Positions 10,389 through 18,990 of a stretch of DNA of 64,000 nucleotides are shown in pieces. The notes under the pieces were generated by a model. The model made no database searches and was not told where the DNA came from. It worked only from the letters and a program-made list of their open reading frames with translations. A program made the translations under genes and the position numbers. How positions within the stretch are numbered: the stretch's first letter is position 1; every line of letters begins with the position of its first letter. The DNA comes from Myxococcota bacterium (GTDB lineage Bacteria > Myxococcota_A > UBA796 > CAJQPC01): contig DASCPX010000059.1 in the NCBI GenBank assembly GCA_036012755.1, forward strand, positions 32,001 through 96,000, in the 5' to 3' direction.

Positions 10389-11423
10389 TCAGTCGTCCTC
10401 GCCGAACCAGGCCTCGACCTCGGCCTCGGCATCTGTGCGCATGGCCTTGTCGGCGAGGGCCTTGGTGCGCTCGCGGCTGACCCCTTCGAGGCTGTCGGTG
10501 AGCAGCAGGTTCCTGCCCTCGACCTCGGCCTTGATGCGGGTGCTCAGATCAGGGAGGACCTCTGTCAGGAGGCGCTGGGTCTGCTCGACGTAGGCGGCGG
10601 TGACCTCCATGGCCGTGCCCAGCTCCGTGAGCGACTCCTGGAGCTCCGCGACAACAGTGGGGGCGTCCGCCGCCATGCCGAGGGCCTGGATCCGGCGTCC
10701 GGCCGAGTCGACCGCGCCGCTGGCGTTCAGGACATAGCCGGACATGCCCTCGTGGAGCTCCAGCACTGCATCGCGGAGGGCTCGCGTCGGTCCCAGGGAG
10801 CCCTTGGAGAGCTCGCTCGCTGCCCGGAAGAGCTCGAGGTTCAGGGACTCCTGGCGAAGCTCGAAGGTGAGGCGGTCGATGCGCCGGGCGGCCTCCTCCT
10901 CCGTGTAGTCGTGCTCGCCGCTCTCCACTGCCCCCAGCGCGCTCTCGAGCTGGATCACGCGCTGAGCGGCGATGCGCTCGTTCGCGCGGGCTTCGACTCG
11001 ACCCTCGTGGAGACGATCGACCTGCTCCTGCAGCTCCAGGGCCGACAGGCGCAGCTCATCGGAGAAGGCGGTGGCTTGTCGGAGGCGTGTCGCTGCGACC
11101 TCGTACTGGCGCAGCAGGCCCTCGGCGACCGATCTGCGGCCGAGGATGGCCGAGCGCGCAGAGAAGCGGCGCACGAGGGAGTTCCAGATGGAGTCGTCCG
11201 CCTCGCGGCGCTCCAGGTCGCGCAAGGTCGTCTCGTGCTGCTCGAGGTTCCTGAGCTCACCACCGAGGGCCTTCCCGAGCTCGTCCTGGGTCTTCACCAG
11301 CTCGTCGACCTTCGTCAGCGCCTCCTTGTGTCTCTGGTGGATGTCGTCGCGCCGCTGTTGCAGCTCGGCCTGCGAGGTCGTCTTTCCTCGGTACTTCGGC
11401 AGGTTCTGGAGCACGTTGCCCAC
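10389..11423 (-). CDS. Coiled-coil protein (PspA/TelA-like)
   Basis: All-helical E/L/R/A-rich heptad composition over 344 aa. Confidence 0.65.
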   Translation of the reverse strand: MGNVLQNLPKYRGKTTSQAELQQRRDDIHQRHKEALTKVDELVKTQDELGKALGGELRNLEQHETTLRDLERREADDSIWNSLVRRFSARSAILGRRSVAEGLLRQYEVAATRLRQATAFSDELRLSALELQEQVDRLHEGRVEARANERIAAQRVIQLESALGAVESGEHDYTEEEAARRIDRLTFELRQESLNLELFRAASELSKGSLGPTRALRDAVLELHEGMSGYVLNASGAVDSAGRRIQALGMAADAPTVVAELQESLTELGTAMEVTAAYVEQTQRLLTEVLPDLSTRIKAEVEGRNLLLTDSLEGVSRERTKALADKAMRTDAEAEVEAWFGEDD

Positions 11424-11516
11424 GCCTCTGTTGTGCCTCCGAACCGGTCACCTGGCAAGGATCGTAGACGCTCGAGAGCCCTGCATGTTCCAGCCGACTC
11501 CGATAGGCGAGCACAG

Positions 11517-12467
11517 ATGCATGCTGCCGAGCCGATTCCCTGCCTCCAGTGCCTGGAGCGGATCGTCGTCGGAGGCGTGCTCGACGCGGGGCCCATGCCT
11601 GCCTTGGACGACGTGGAGGGGGCCATGGTCCATCCGGACCTGCCGCCGGTCGTCGACGGTCACGTCCACCTCTTCCCGGACCTGGTCTTCGATGCGCTGT
11701 GGACCTGGTTCGAGCGTTACGGCTGGCCGGTTCGCTATCCGCTGCGCTCGCCCGCGGTGCTGGAGTTCCTGCTCTCGCGCGGGGTCGAGCACGTCGTCGG
11801 TCTCCACTACGCCCACAAGCCGGGCATGGCGCGCGGGCTGAACCGCTACATGGCCGGGCTCGCCCAGCGGGAGCCACGCCTGACCGCCCTGGCGACGGTC
11901 TTCCCCGGCGAGGAGGGGGCGGTCGACGTGCTGGTCGAGGCCTTCGTCATGGGCCTGGCCGGGGTGAAGCTGCACTGCCACGTCCAGTGCTTCGCCCCCG
12001 ATGACCCGCGGATGGCCTCGCTCTACGAAGTCTGTGTTGAATACGATCGCCCGATGGTCATCCACGCCGGGCGCGAGCCGAAGAGTCCGGCCTACAAGGT
12101 CGACACCTGGGCCGTCAGCGGCGTAGATCGTGTGGAGTCCGTCTTGCGGGACCATCCCCGCTTGAAGCTCTGTGTGCCGCACCTCGGGGCCGACGAGTTC
12201 GACCAGTTCGCGGCCCTGATGGAGCGATACGAGGGCCTGTGGCTCGACACGACCATGATGATCTCGGGCTACTTCCCGATGGAGGTGCCGCTCCGGGCGG
12301 TGATGACCGATCCGGGCCGCGTCATGTACGGCAGCGACTTCCCCAACCTGCCCTACGCCTGGGATCGCGAGCTCGAGGCCCTGCGAGCGCTCGGTCTCCG
12401 CGAGGAGTGGCTGCCGGGGCTGCTGGGCGGCAACGCGCGCTGTCTGTACGATCTCCAGGCCGACTGA
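11517..12467 (+). CDS. Amidohydrolase family protein (start uncertain, 11517-11595)
   Basis: DGHVH, GVKLH, IHAG, HLG, YGSDFP motifs. Confidence 0.85.
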   Translation: MHAAEPIPCLQCLERIVVGGVLDAGPMPALDDVEGAMVHPDLPPVVDGHVHLFPDLVFDALWTWFERYGWPVRYPLRSPAVLEFLLSRGVEHVVGLHYAHKPGMARGLNRYMAGLAQREPRLTALATVFPGEEGAVDVLVEAFVMGLAGVKLHCHVQCFAPDDPRMASLYEVCVEYDRPMVIHAGREPKSPAYKVDTWAVSGVDRVESVLRDHPRLKLCVPHLGADEFDQFAALMERYEGLWLDTTMMISGYFPMEVPLRAVMTDPGRVMYGSDFPNLPYAWDRELEALRALGLREEWLPGLLGGNARCLYDLQAD

Positions 12468-12471
12468 TGTC

Positions 12472-13155
12472 TCAGAGATCGTATTCGATACGGATCAGCA
12501 CGCTGCTGCGTTGGGGGATCCCGTTCACCACCATCGGATCGAGGCGCCAGCGCTGGACCGCTGCCAGGGAGCTGTCGACGAAGATCTCCGGACACTCGTC
12601 GACGACGGCTCCGTAGGGGCGCCCGTCCGAGTCGACGTACAGGCGCACGAAGCACTCGCCCTCGATGACCCGGTCGCGGGCCACCTGCGGGTAGCGCGGA
12701 GGCACTCCCGGCCACTTGACGAGCACCGCCCAGTCGAAGGCGGTGGTGCTGGTGTCGGCTTCTTCGGGGGGCACTGCGCCCGTGCGCCACCACTCCATCG
12801 AGTCGGGGGCCGGAGCCGCCCGCTGTTGCTGGAGGCTGCGCTCCTTCGGCGCGGGCTTGAAGGTGAGGTTGGCCTCGATCCTGACCGCTGTCGGTGCACC
12901 GTCGACGAGGTAGGGGTCGATGCGCCAGGCGCCCATCGCCTCTCGGGCTGCGGCTCGATAGCCCTCTGGACAGGCCAGGCCGTGGACGTCGACAAGGACC
13001 ACCTCGCCGCCCTGGTCGAAGTCGATTGCGGCTGAGCAGGTCCTCGTGCCGCTCTTGTCGTCCTCTGGCCACGCTGGCGCCTCGTACTCGAGGAACTCCA
13101 CCTCGTAGGCCGGGACGACCAGCGGCTCGGCAGAGGCCAGCGCGACGAAGAGCAC
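12472..13155 (-). CDS. Secreted protein with two TonB C-terminal-like domains
   Basis: Two repeats of P-x-W/YP...A..W...P..VDG/VNG-x-P; short signal MLFVALASA. Confidence 0.7.
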   Translation of the reverse strand: MLFVALASAEPLVVPAYEVEFLEYEAPAWPEDDKSGTRTCSAAIDFDQGGEVVLVDVHGLACPEGYRAAAREAMGAWRIDPYLVDGAPTAVRIEANLTFKPAPKERSLQQQRAAPAPDSMEWWRTGAVPPEEADTSTTAFDWAVLVKWPGVPPRYPQVARDRVIEGECFVRLYVDSDGRPYGAVVDECPEIFVDSSLAAVQRWRLDPMVVNGIPQRSSVLIRIEYDL

Positions 13156-13171
13156 GCACGCAGCGTAGCCC

Positions 13172-13187
13172 TGTTCCACGTGGAACG
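13172..13187. promoter_or_regulatory. parS site
   Basis: Intergenic TGTTCCACGTGGAACG directly after the stop of the response regulator. Confidence 0.8.
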
Positions 13188-13877
13188 TCAGGCGATGCTG
13201 AAGCGGTACCCGACCCCGCGCAGGGTCTCCAGGCACTTGCCGGTCTCCGGTCCGAGCTTCCGGCGAAGTCGCTTCACGTGTGTGTCGACGGTCCGCGAAG
13301 TGATGCCCTCGCGGTAGCCCCAGACATCCCTCAAGAGCTGGTCCCGGCTCTGGACCTGGTTCTTGTGGGTGAGGAAGTGGGCCAGGAGCTTGAACTCGAT
13401 CATGGTCAGGGGGACCTCCTCGCCCTCGAGCCAGACCCGGTGGGCACCCTCGTCCAGCCTCAGCGAGCCGAAGTCGTGGGGGCCCCCGCCCTGTTTTGCG
13501 CTGCGTTCTGATCGTCGCAGGACCGCGCGAACCCGGAGAACCAGCTCTCGCGGGCTGAATGGCTTGGTCATGTAGTCGTCGGCGCCGACCTCGAAACCCA
13601 CGACGCGATCGATCTCCTCTGCCCGAGCCGTGAGCATCACCACCGGGATGTCCGCCGTCCTCGAGTCCGCGCGCAGCTGCCGGCAGACCTCTGTGCCGGG
13701 GATGTCGGGGAGCATGAGGTCGAGGAGCACCAGGTCCGGTCGGGGGTCCGCCCAGGCAGCGCTCAGGCCATCGCGCCCCGTCTGGGCGCTGATGACGTGG
13801 AAGCCCTCTCTTCGCAGCTTCCACGTGAGGGTGGCGACGAGGTCGGCTTCGTCTTCGACGAGGAGGATCGTGTGCAT
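13188..13877 (-). CDS. OmpR/PhoB-family response regulator
   Basis: LVEDE, LLDLMLP, LTA, KPF receiver motifs; RTVDTHVKRLRRKL and GVGYRF winged helix. Confidence 0.95.
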   Translation of the reverse strand: MHTILLVEDEADLVATLTWKLRREGFHVISAQTGRDGLSAAWADPRPDLVLLDLMLPDIPGTEVCRQLRADSRTADIPVVMLTARAEEIDRVVGFEVGADDYMTKPFSPRELVLRVRAVLRRSERSAKQGGGPHDFGSLRLDEGAHRVWLEGEEVPLTMIEFKLLAHFLTHKNQVQSRDQLLRDVWGYREGITSRTVDTHVKRLRRKLGPETGKCLETLRGVGYRFSIA

Positions 13878-14914
13878 CAGAACAGCTTCTTCAAGTGGTC
13901 TTCATGGGTCACGGGGAGCGGCCCGGGCTCGCCGTCGCGCCCGCGTCGTCCTCCGGCACCGGTCTGTCCGGGGACGTCGCCGGCGCCGCCCTGGCCGCTG
14001 CGCCCTCCCTCACCGCCTGGTCCGCCTCCGTGGTCGACGACGAGCTTGTCCAGGTACGAGGTGACACCGGGATCTACAAAGAGGACGGCGTCGCCCCCGG
14101 GGCCTCCGTCTCCCCCGTCACCGCCGTGGCCTCCGTGCCCGCCGGAGCCGTGGCGTCCCATCGGGTCGCCCTCTCCGCCGAGTCCGCCGTTTCCTCCGTC
14201 CTGGCCGTCCTCGCCATGGCCGCCGCCTCCGCCCCGAACGTCGATGCGCAGCGTTCCGCCCTCGGGATCGAGCAGGTAGCGCCGCGTCTTCGACCTCCAC
14301 TCCCCGTCGACGAGCACCTCACCCTCCACCTTCACCTGCACCAGATCCTCGTGGGCGTAGACGAAGACCCGCGCGTGGCCGCCAGCGCCGCCATCGTTGC
14401 CGTGCTCCCCGTTCCGGCCGCTGCCACCTGCCGTCCCGTCCTGGCCGGCGCCCTGGGCTCGCCCGTCGTCATCCGTGGACGCCGGCGCCCCGTCAGAGCC
14501 GTCGAGGTCGTCCCACGCACCGCTCGGCGTCCAGCCCGACCCACCCCGAAGGTCCGCCACGTAGTCGCAGTCGTAGCGGGGCACCACCGAGTATCGGCGT
14601 GCCAGCTCCGGCCGGTCGGCGAGGCGCACGATGAGGTCGAGCTCCTTGCCCTGGCTCTTGCGCGGATCCTGGTAGAGCGTCACGCCGGTGCCGTCCGAGG
14701 TCTGACCGTCCAGGACCAGCTCTATCTCTCGCCAGGCCACGCCGTCCCGCCCCGAGCTCCGCGTGTGCTTCGTCCGGCCGTTCTTCAGCCTCAGCTCCAC
14801 CTCCAAGGGCTGGACGATGCCGGGACAGAGCGCCAGCGTGTCACCGACATCCGGGCTCACGACCTCTATGTCCGTGACCTTCTTCGAGGCGAGGCAACCA
14901 ATGAGTAGAATCAC
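13877..14914 (-). CDS. Gly-rich (collagen-like) lipoprotein
   Basis: MILLIGC start overlapping the upstream stop (GTGA); three G-x-x repeat blocks. Confidence 0.75.
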   Translation of the reverse strand: MILLIGCLASKKVTDIEVVSPDVGDTLALCPGIVQPLEVELRLKNGRTKHTRSSGRDGVAWREIELVLDGQTSDGTGVTLYQDPRKSQGKELDLIVRLADRPELARRYSVVPRYDCDYVADLRGGSGWTPSGAWDDLDGSDGAPASTDDDGRAQGAGQDGTAGGSGRNGEHGNDGGAGGHARVFVYAHEDLVQVKVEGEVLVDGEWRSKTRRYLLDPEGGTLRIDVRGGGGGHGEDGQDGGNGGLGGEGDPMGRHGSGGHGGHGGDGGDGGPGGDAVLFVDPGVTSYLDKLVVDHGGGPGGEGGRSGQGGAGDVPGQTGAGGRRGRDGEPGPLPVTHEDHLKKLF

Positions 14915-15138
14915 GGATTCTCCTGGTTCAAGCGGCGCTTTCGGCGTTTCCAGCCGCGCCACAGCTCGTGGGTCACGCCCACCACACAGACGACGTGGTG
15001 GAGACCGAGCCAGATCCATCCGCGCAGTCCGAGCTTGGCACCAAAGACCACGGTCACGCCCACGGCGACGAACAGCCAGGCGAGCGCGACGATCACGCCC
15101 CCGTCGGCGCGCTGCCGCCGCTCAGCGCCTGTAGACAT
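14911..15138 (-). CDS. Small two-TM membrane protein
   Basis: 75 aa, two hydrophobic segments, basic tail; overlaps both neighbours. Confidence 0.65.
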   Translation of the reverse strand: MSTGAERRQRADGGVIVALAWLFVAVGVTVVFGAKLGLRGWIWLGLHHVVCVVGVTHELWRGWKRRKRRLNQENP

Positions 15139-16477
15139 GGTTCCCCACGGTCCGATCCCAGTGACTCACCGCCAGGTCACGTGGCGCTGGAGCCAGGTAG
15201 CTCGCCTCCACCACACCTGGACCGGAGACGTAGCCGTCGCCAGCGACCCCACCGGCGATCTCCAGGACCGGGCCCCTCCCAGGCACCTCGACGAGCCCCA
15301 TGCCCGACACAGTTTCTACGATCTCGTGTGACAGGTCGAGGTCTGCCCAGGCGAAGGCCTCGATGACCCCTTTCGAAGAGCTGCTCCACGTCGTCTCGGT
15401 GTCCAGCACCCCGTCGTTGTTGCGATACAGACGCACGACATCTCCGTAATAGTCGACGACCCCCCACGCCCCCGCGGCAAGGTCGAGATCGCCGTCCTGG
15501 TCGACGTCTTCGAGCGAAACGGCCGACTGGAAGCGGGGCTCGTCCTGTGAAATCCAGCACAGGCTGAAGTCCGGGCCGCAGTACAGGCTCACTGTCCCGT
15601 CGCCCCCGAGCTGATCGTTGTCCGAGACGACGAGATCCATCGTCCCGTCCCCATCCACGTCGCCCCAGTCCAGGGTGTTTCCTTCGAACTTCGAGTCGGC
15701 CCCCGCGGCGGTCCACCAGGGCTCGGGATCCAGCTCCCCGTCCTCGCTGAGGTAGATCGTGTGGGGTGTCTCTGCGTTCGCGAAGGCGAGGTCGAGGTCC
15801 CCGTCCGCGTCTGCGTCGAACCAGGCCACGTCGAAGCTGTAGCGCGGCGTCTCGGTCGTCCAGGTCTCGGTGAAGGTGGCCTCTCCGTCGTTGTAGTAGA
15901 CCCGGGAGACCTCTGGCTCGTGGTAGTAGGGCTCACCCGCGGCGATGGCCAGATCCAGGTCGCCGTCGAGGTCCACGTCTCCAAGGGCGCAGGAGAAGGT
16001 GTAGAAGCCCTCGGTCTCCCAGGCTGGGGTGGGAGACAGGGTCCCGCCGGAGTTGAGGTAGACCTGCACACCGCCAGGCTCGTCCCACCTGTCATCGCCC
16101 AGAAAGCGGCTCACCACGACATCGACGAAGCCGTCGCCGTCGAGATCCCCGACGGCCAGGTGTCCGAAGTAGTGGTCCTCGGCCGAGGTCCAGGACGCGC
16201 TCTCTTCCAGGGAGCCGTCGAGGTTCTCGTAGACGGAAAGGGGACCTGGCTCGACGTCGTTGCCGTAGGCCACGACCAGATCGGCGTCTCCGTCTCCGTC
16301 GATGTCCGCGAAGGCCGCCCCAGTAGCGGCGCCGGAGTCCTTGGACTCGTAGTCCGGGTGCTCGGGCAGCGGCTCCCACTCCGAGTCCTCGATCCCCGTC
16401 TCCGCACGGCTCTCGTTCGACTCCGAGGGGGAGTCAGGGCCCACCGGAGATGTGCACGCCACGAGGACTGCGATCAT
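15122..16477 (-). CDS. FG-GAP/VCBS-repeat beta-propeller lipoprotein
   Basis: Repeated D-x-D-G-D-G-x-x-D-L units; MIAVLVAC; TATCCT 6 nt before ATG. Confidence 0.85.
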   Translation of the reverse strand: MIAVLVACTSPVGPDSPSESNESRAETGIEDSEWEPLPEHPDYESKDSGAATGAAFADIDGDGDADLVVAYGNDVEPGPLSVYENLDGSLEESASWTSAEDHYFGHLAVGDLDGDGFVDVVVSRFLGDDRWDEPGGVQVYLNSGGTLSPTPAWETEGFYTFSCALGDVDLDGDLDLAIAAGEPYYHEPEVSRVYYNDGEATFTETWTTETPRYSFDVAWFDADADGDLDLAFANAETPHTIYLSEDGELDPEPWWTAAGADSKFEGNTLDWGDVDGDGTMDLVVSDNDQLGGDGTVSLYCGPDFSLCWISQDEPRFQSAVSLEDVDQDGDLDLAAGAWGVVDYYGDVVRLYRNNDGVLDTETTWSSSSKGVIEAFAWADLDLSHEIVETVSGMGLVEVPGRGPVLEIAGGVAGDGYVSGPGVVEASYLAPAPRDLAVSHWDRTVGNHVYRR

Positions 16478-16501
16478 GGGGGCAGGATACCCAAGCCGAC
16501 G

Positions 16502-17425
16502 ATGGGCCCCGGACAGCGCATGCTCCGCACCTCGCCAGCCGAGGCCGGGATGCGTGTGGACGCCTTCCTCTGCCTGCGCTTTCCCGACTGGTCGAGGAAC
16601 GCCGTGGCCCGGGCGATTCGCGACGGCCAGGTGTGCTCGAAGACCCGCCGCCTCAAGCCCAGCAGCACGCTGCGCGCCGGAGAGGAGCTCCTCATCGCCG
16701 GTCCCGAGCCTGGCCCCAAGCCGGAGTGCCCGCCGATCCTGCACGAGGACGAGGACATCATCGCCTTCGCCAAGCCTGCCGGACTGCTGATGCACCCGGT
16801 GGGGCGCGACTTCGCTTGGGGCCTGATCAACCTCGCCCGGGACCGCTTCCCCGACGAGGACCTCCACCTGGGCCATCGCCTGGACCGGGAGACATCTGGG
16901 GTGGTGGTCGTCGCCCGCTCGGCGGAGGCCAACCGCATGGTCAAGGCGGCATTCAAGACCCGGGCCTGCGTGAAGACCTACTGGGCGATCGTCCACGGTG
17001 AGCCGAGCTGGGAGGAGGAACGTGTCGACGCTGCGATCGGCCCCGACACGACGAGCCCGGTGCGCCTCAAGCAAGGAGTGAGGCCGGACGGCGCCCCGGC
17101 GCGCACCTTCGTCCGCGTGCTCCGTCGGCTGGGTCGCTACAGCCTCGTGAGCTGTCGACCCAAGACCGGGCGCACCCACCAGATCCGGGTGCATCTGGAC
17201 CACCTGGGGCACCCGATCCTCGGGGATCGGCTCTACGGCCAGGACCCGGAGGTCTTCCTCGGGCTCTTCGAGAAGCGCCCGGTTCCGCGTCTTCGCCAGC
17301 GTCTCGGACACCCCCGACACTGCCTCCATGCACGAGCGCTGCACCTTCCCCATCCCCGCGGCGGCATGCTGAGCCTCCGCGCGCCGATGCCCAGCGACAT
17401 GGCGCGGGTGGTCCATCGGAGATGA
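16502..17425 (+). CDS. RluA/RluD-family pseudouridine synthase
   Basis: S4-like N-terminus; KPAGL, HRLDRETSG, TGRTHQIRVH, GDRLYG, LHA. Confidence 0.95.
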   Translation: MGPGQRMLRTSPAEAGMRVDAFLCLRFPDWSRNAVARAIRDGQVCSKTRRLKPSSTLRAGEELLIAGPEPGPKPECPPILHEDEDIIAFAKPAGLLMHPVGRDFAWGLINLARDRFPDEDLHLGHRLDRETSGVVVVARSAEANRMVKAAFKTRACVKTYWAIVHGEPSWEEERVDAAIGPDTTSPVRLKQGVRPDGAPARTFVRVLRRLGRYSLVSCRPKTGRTHQIRVHLDHLGHPILGDRLYGQDPEVFLGLFEKRPVPRLRQRLGHPRHCLHARALHLPHPRGGMLSLRAPMPSDMARVVHRR

Positions 17426-18990
17426 AGCACCTCGAGCTGTCGCTGCTGTTCGTCCTCCCCGTGCTCTGGGTGACCGGAGCCGGCTCGGCGGCCTTCGGCC
17501 CCTTCTCGGTGGACCTCGCGGGCCACCTGTGGATGGGCTGGCACGCCTCTCGCGAGGGGCTGACACACACGGAGCTCCTCGCCGCCCCGGACGGAGTCGA
17601 GCTCCTGCCCGTCCTCGGTGGCTGGCTCGACGTGTGGCTCGTGGGTCGCCTCCACGCGCTGGGCGTACCGCTGGAGCGGGCCTACGACCAGGTCGTCGGC
17701 TTCTACGTCCTCGTGGCCGGTTTGGGCGGAGTCGTGCTCGCGCGGGCCTGCGGAGCCGGTCGCGCGGCGCTCCTGGCCGGAGTGCTGCTCCAGTGCGATG
17801 GCTTCCTGCTCGAGCACCTGGGCGCCGGACGCCCGGAGCAGGTCGGTATCGGTTTCGTGGCCCTCGCCCTCGGTGCCGGTGGGCTCGCGCTGCGCGGACG
17901 CCTCCATCCCGGGCTCTGCGGGCTCGCGGGCGCGCCGCTGTTGTTCGTCAGCTGGGAGCTCAGCCTGCTCACGGTCCTCGCGCTCGCTTGGATGCTGCCC
18001 TTTGTCCGTCCGATCCCCTGGAAGACGCTCGGCATCGCGGCGCTCACCTGCGCAGTGCTCGCCGGTTGGTGGGTGGTCTTCTTCCTCCTCCACGCCGGCG
18101 AGGTCCGAGCCCTGGACGAGGGGGACTTCGCCCTGGAGACCGCGCGCAGCGCGAGCGTGGGGCTCCTCGGCTGGTTCGGTCCGGGCACCGTGCGTCCGGG
18201 CTGGCTGGCCCTGGCTGCGATCCCGCTGGTGCTCCGCGGGCGAGTCGGGCTCGGCGTGGCCGCGGGCCTTGCCCTCACCCTGCTGCTCGCCGCTGGCCCG
18301 GGTCCAGGTCTGCTGGAGCCTGGAGACGGCAACTGGGGGCCCTTCGCCTGGCTCCAGCGGCTCCCGGTGCTGGGCTGGTTCCACTGGCCGGACCGTCTGC
18401 TGGTGATCTGGAGCCTCGCCGCTGCCACCTGCTGCGCCCTCGCCGTGGAGCGGCTGCCCAGGCTCTGGATGGCCCTCGCGGCCGCCGGCGTGCTGGTCGG
18501 AGACGCCCTCATCGAGCAGCAGGACCGCTGGCCACGCGGCATCTTCGCGCTGCAGGATCACCCGGGATCCGCCTGGCTCGCCGAGGGAGAGGGCGTCGTC
18601 CTGGATCTGCCGATCCAGCCGGAGCCGCAGAACCACTTGCGGTACATGCTCCTTCAGGTGCAGCACGGACGACCCATCGTCTTCAACATGGTCCTCGACC
18701 ACCTCAGCGACCCGACACTCGCCAGCCGCGTCGACGCCGATCCGGTGCTGTCCTGGTTCCGGACGCTGATGGACAGGGACAAGCCCGAGGCGGTGGTCTT
18801 CGACCTCGAGGACTTCTCGGGACTGCGAGCCGACGGGGTCCGAGACATCGTGCTTCATCGGCAAGGCTGGCCTCCTGACCGCTGGCAGCTCGCCTCGGTC
18901 GTGCTGGAGAAGAGCCTCGGCGAGCCCGAGATGCGGGTCGGCCCCGAGTGGACGGCGTGGAGCCTCTCAGTCGCGCCGGCGCCAGACTGA
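17422..18990 (+). CDS. Polytopic membrane protein, possible GT-C glycosyltransferase
   Basis: About 10 TM segments; WPDR; C-terminal soluble VLDLP...QVQHGRPI domain. Confidence 0.6.
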   Translation: MKHLELSLLFVLPVLWVTGAGSAAFGPFSVDLAGHLWMGWHASREGLTHTELLAAPDGVELLPVLGGWLDVWLVGRLHALGVPLERAYDQVVGFYVLVAGLGGVVLARACGAGRAALLAGVLLQCDGFLLEHLGAGRPEQVGIGFVALALGAGGLALRGRLHPGLCGLAGAPLLFVSWELSLLTVLALAWMLPFVRPIPWKTLGIAALTCAVLAGWWVVFFLLHAGEVRALDEGDFALETARSASVGLLGWFGPGTVRPGWLALAAIPLVLRGRVGLGVAAGLALTLLLAAGPGPGLLEPGDGNWGPFAWLQRLPVLGWFHWPDRLLVIWSLAAATCCALAVERLPRLWMALAAAGVLVGDALIEQQDRWPRGIFALQDHPGSAWLAEGEGVVLDLPIQPEPQNHLRYMLLQVQHGRPIVFNMVLDHLSDPTLASRVDADPVLSWFRTLMDRDKPEAVVFDLEDFSGLRADGVRDIVLHRQGWPPDRWQLASVVLEKSLGEPEMRVGPEWTAWSLSVAPAPD

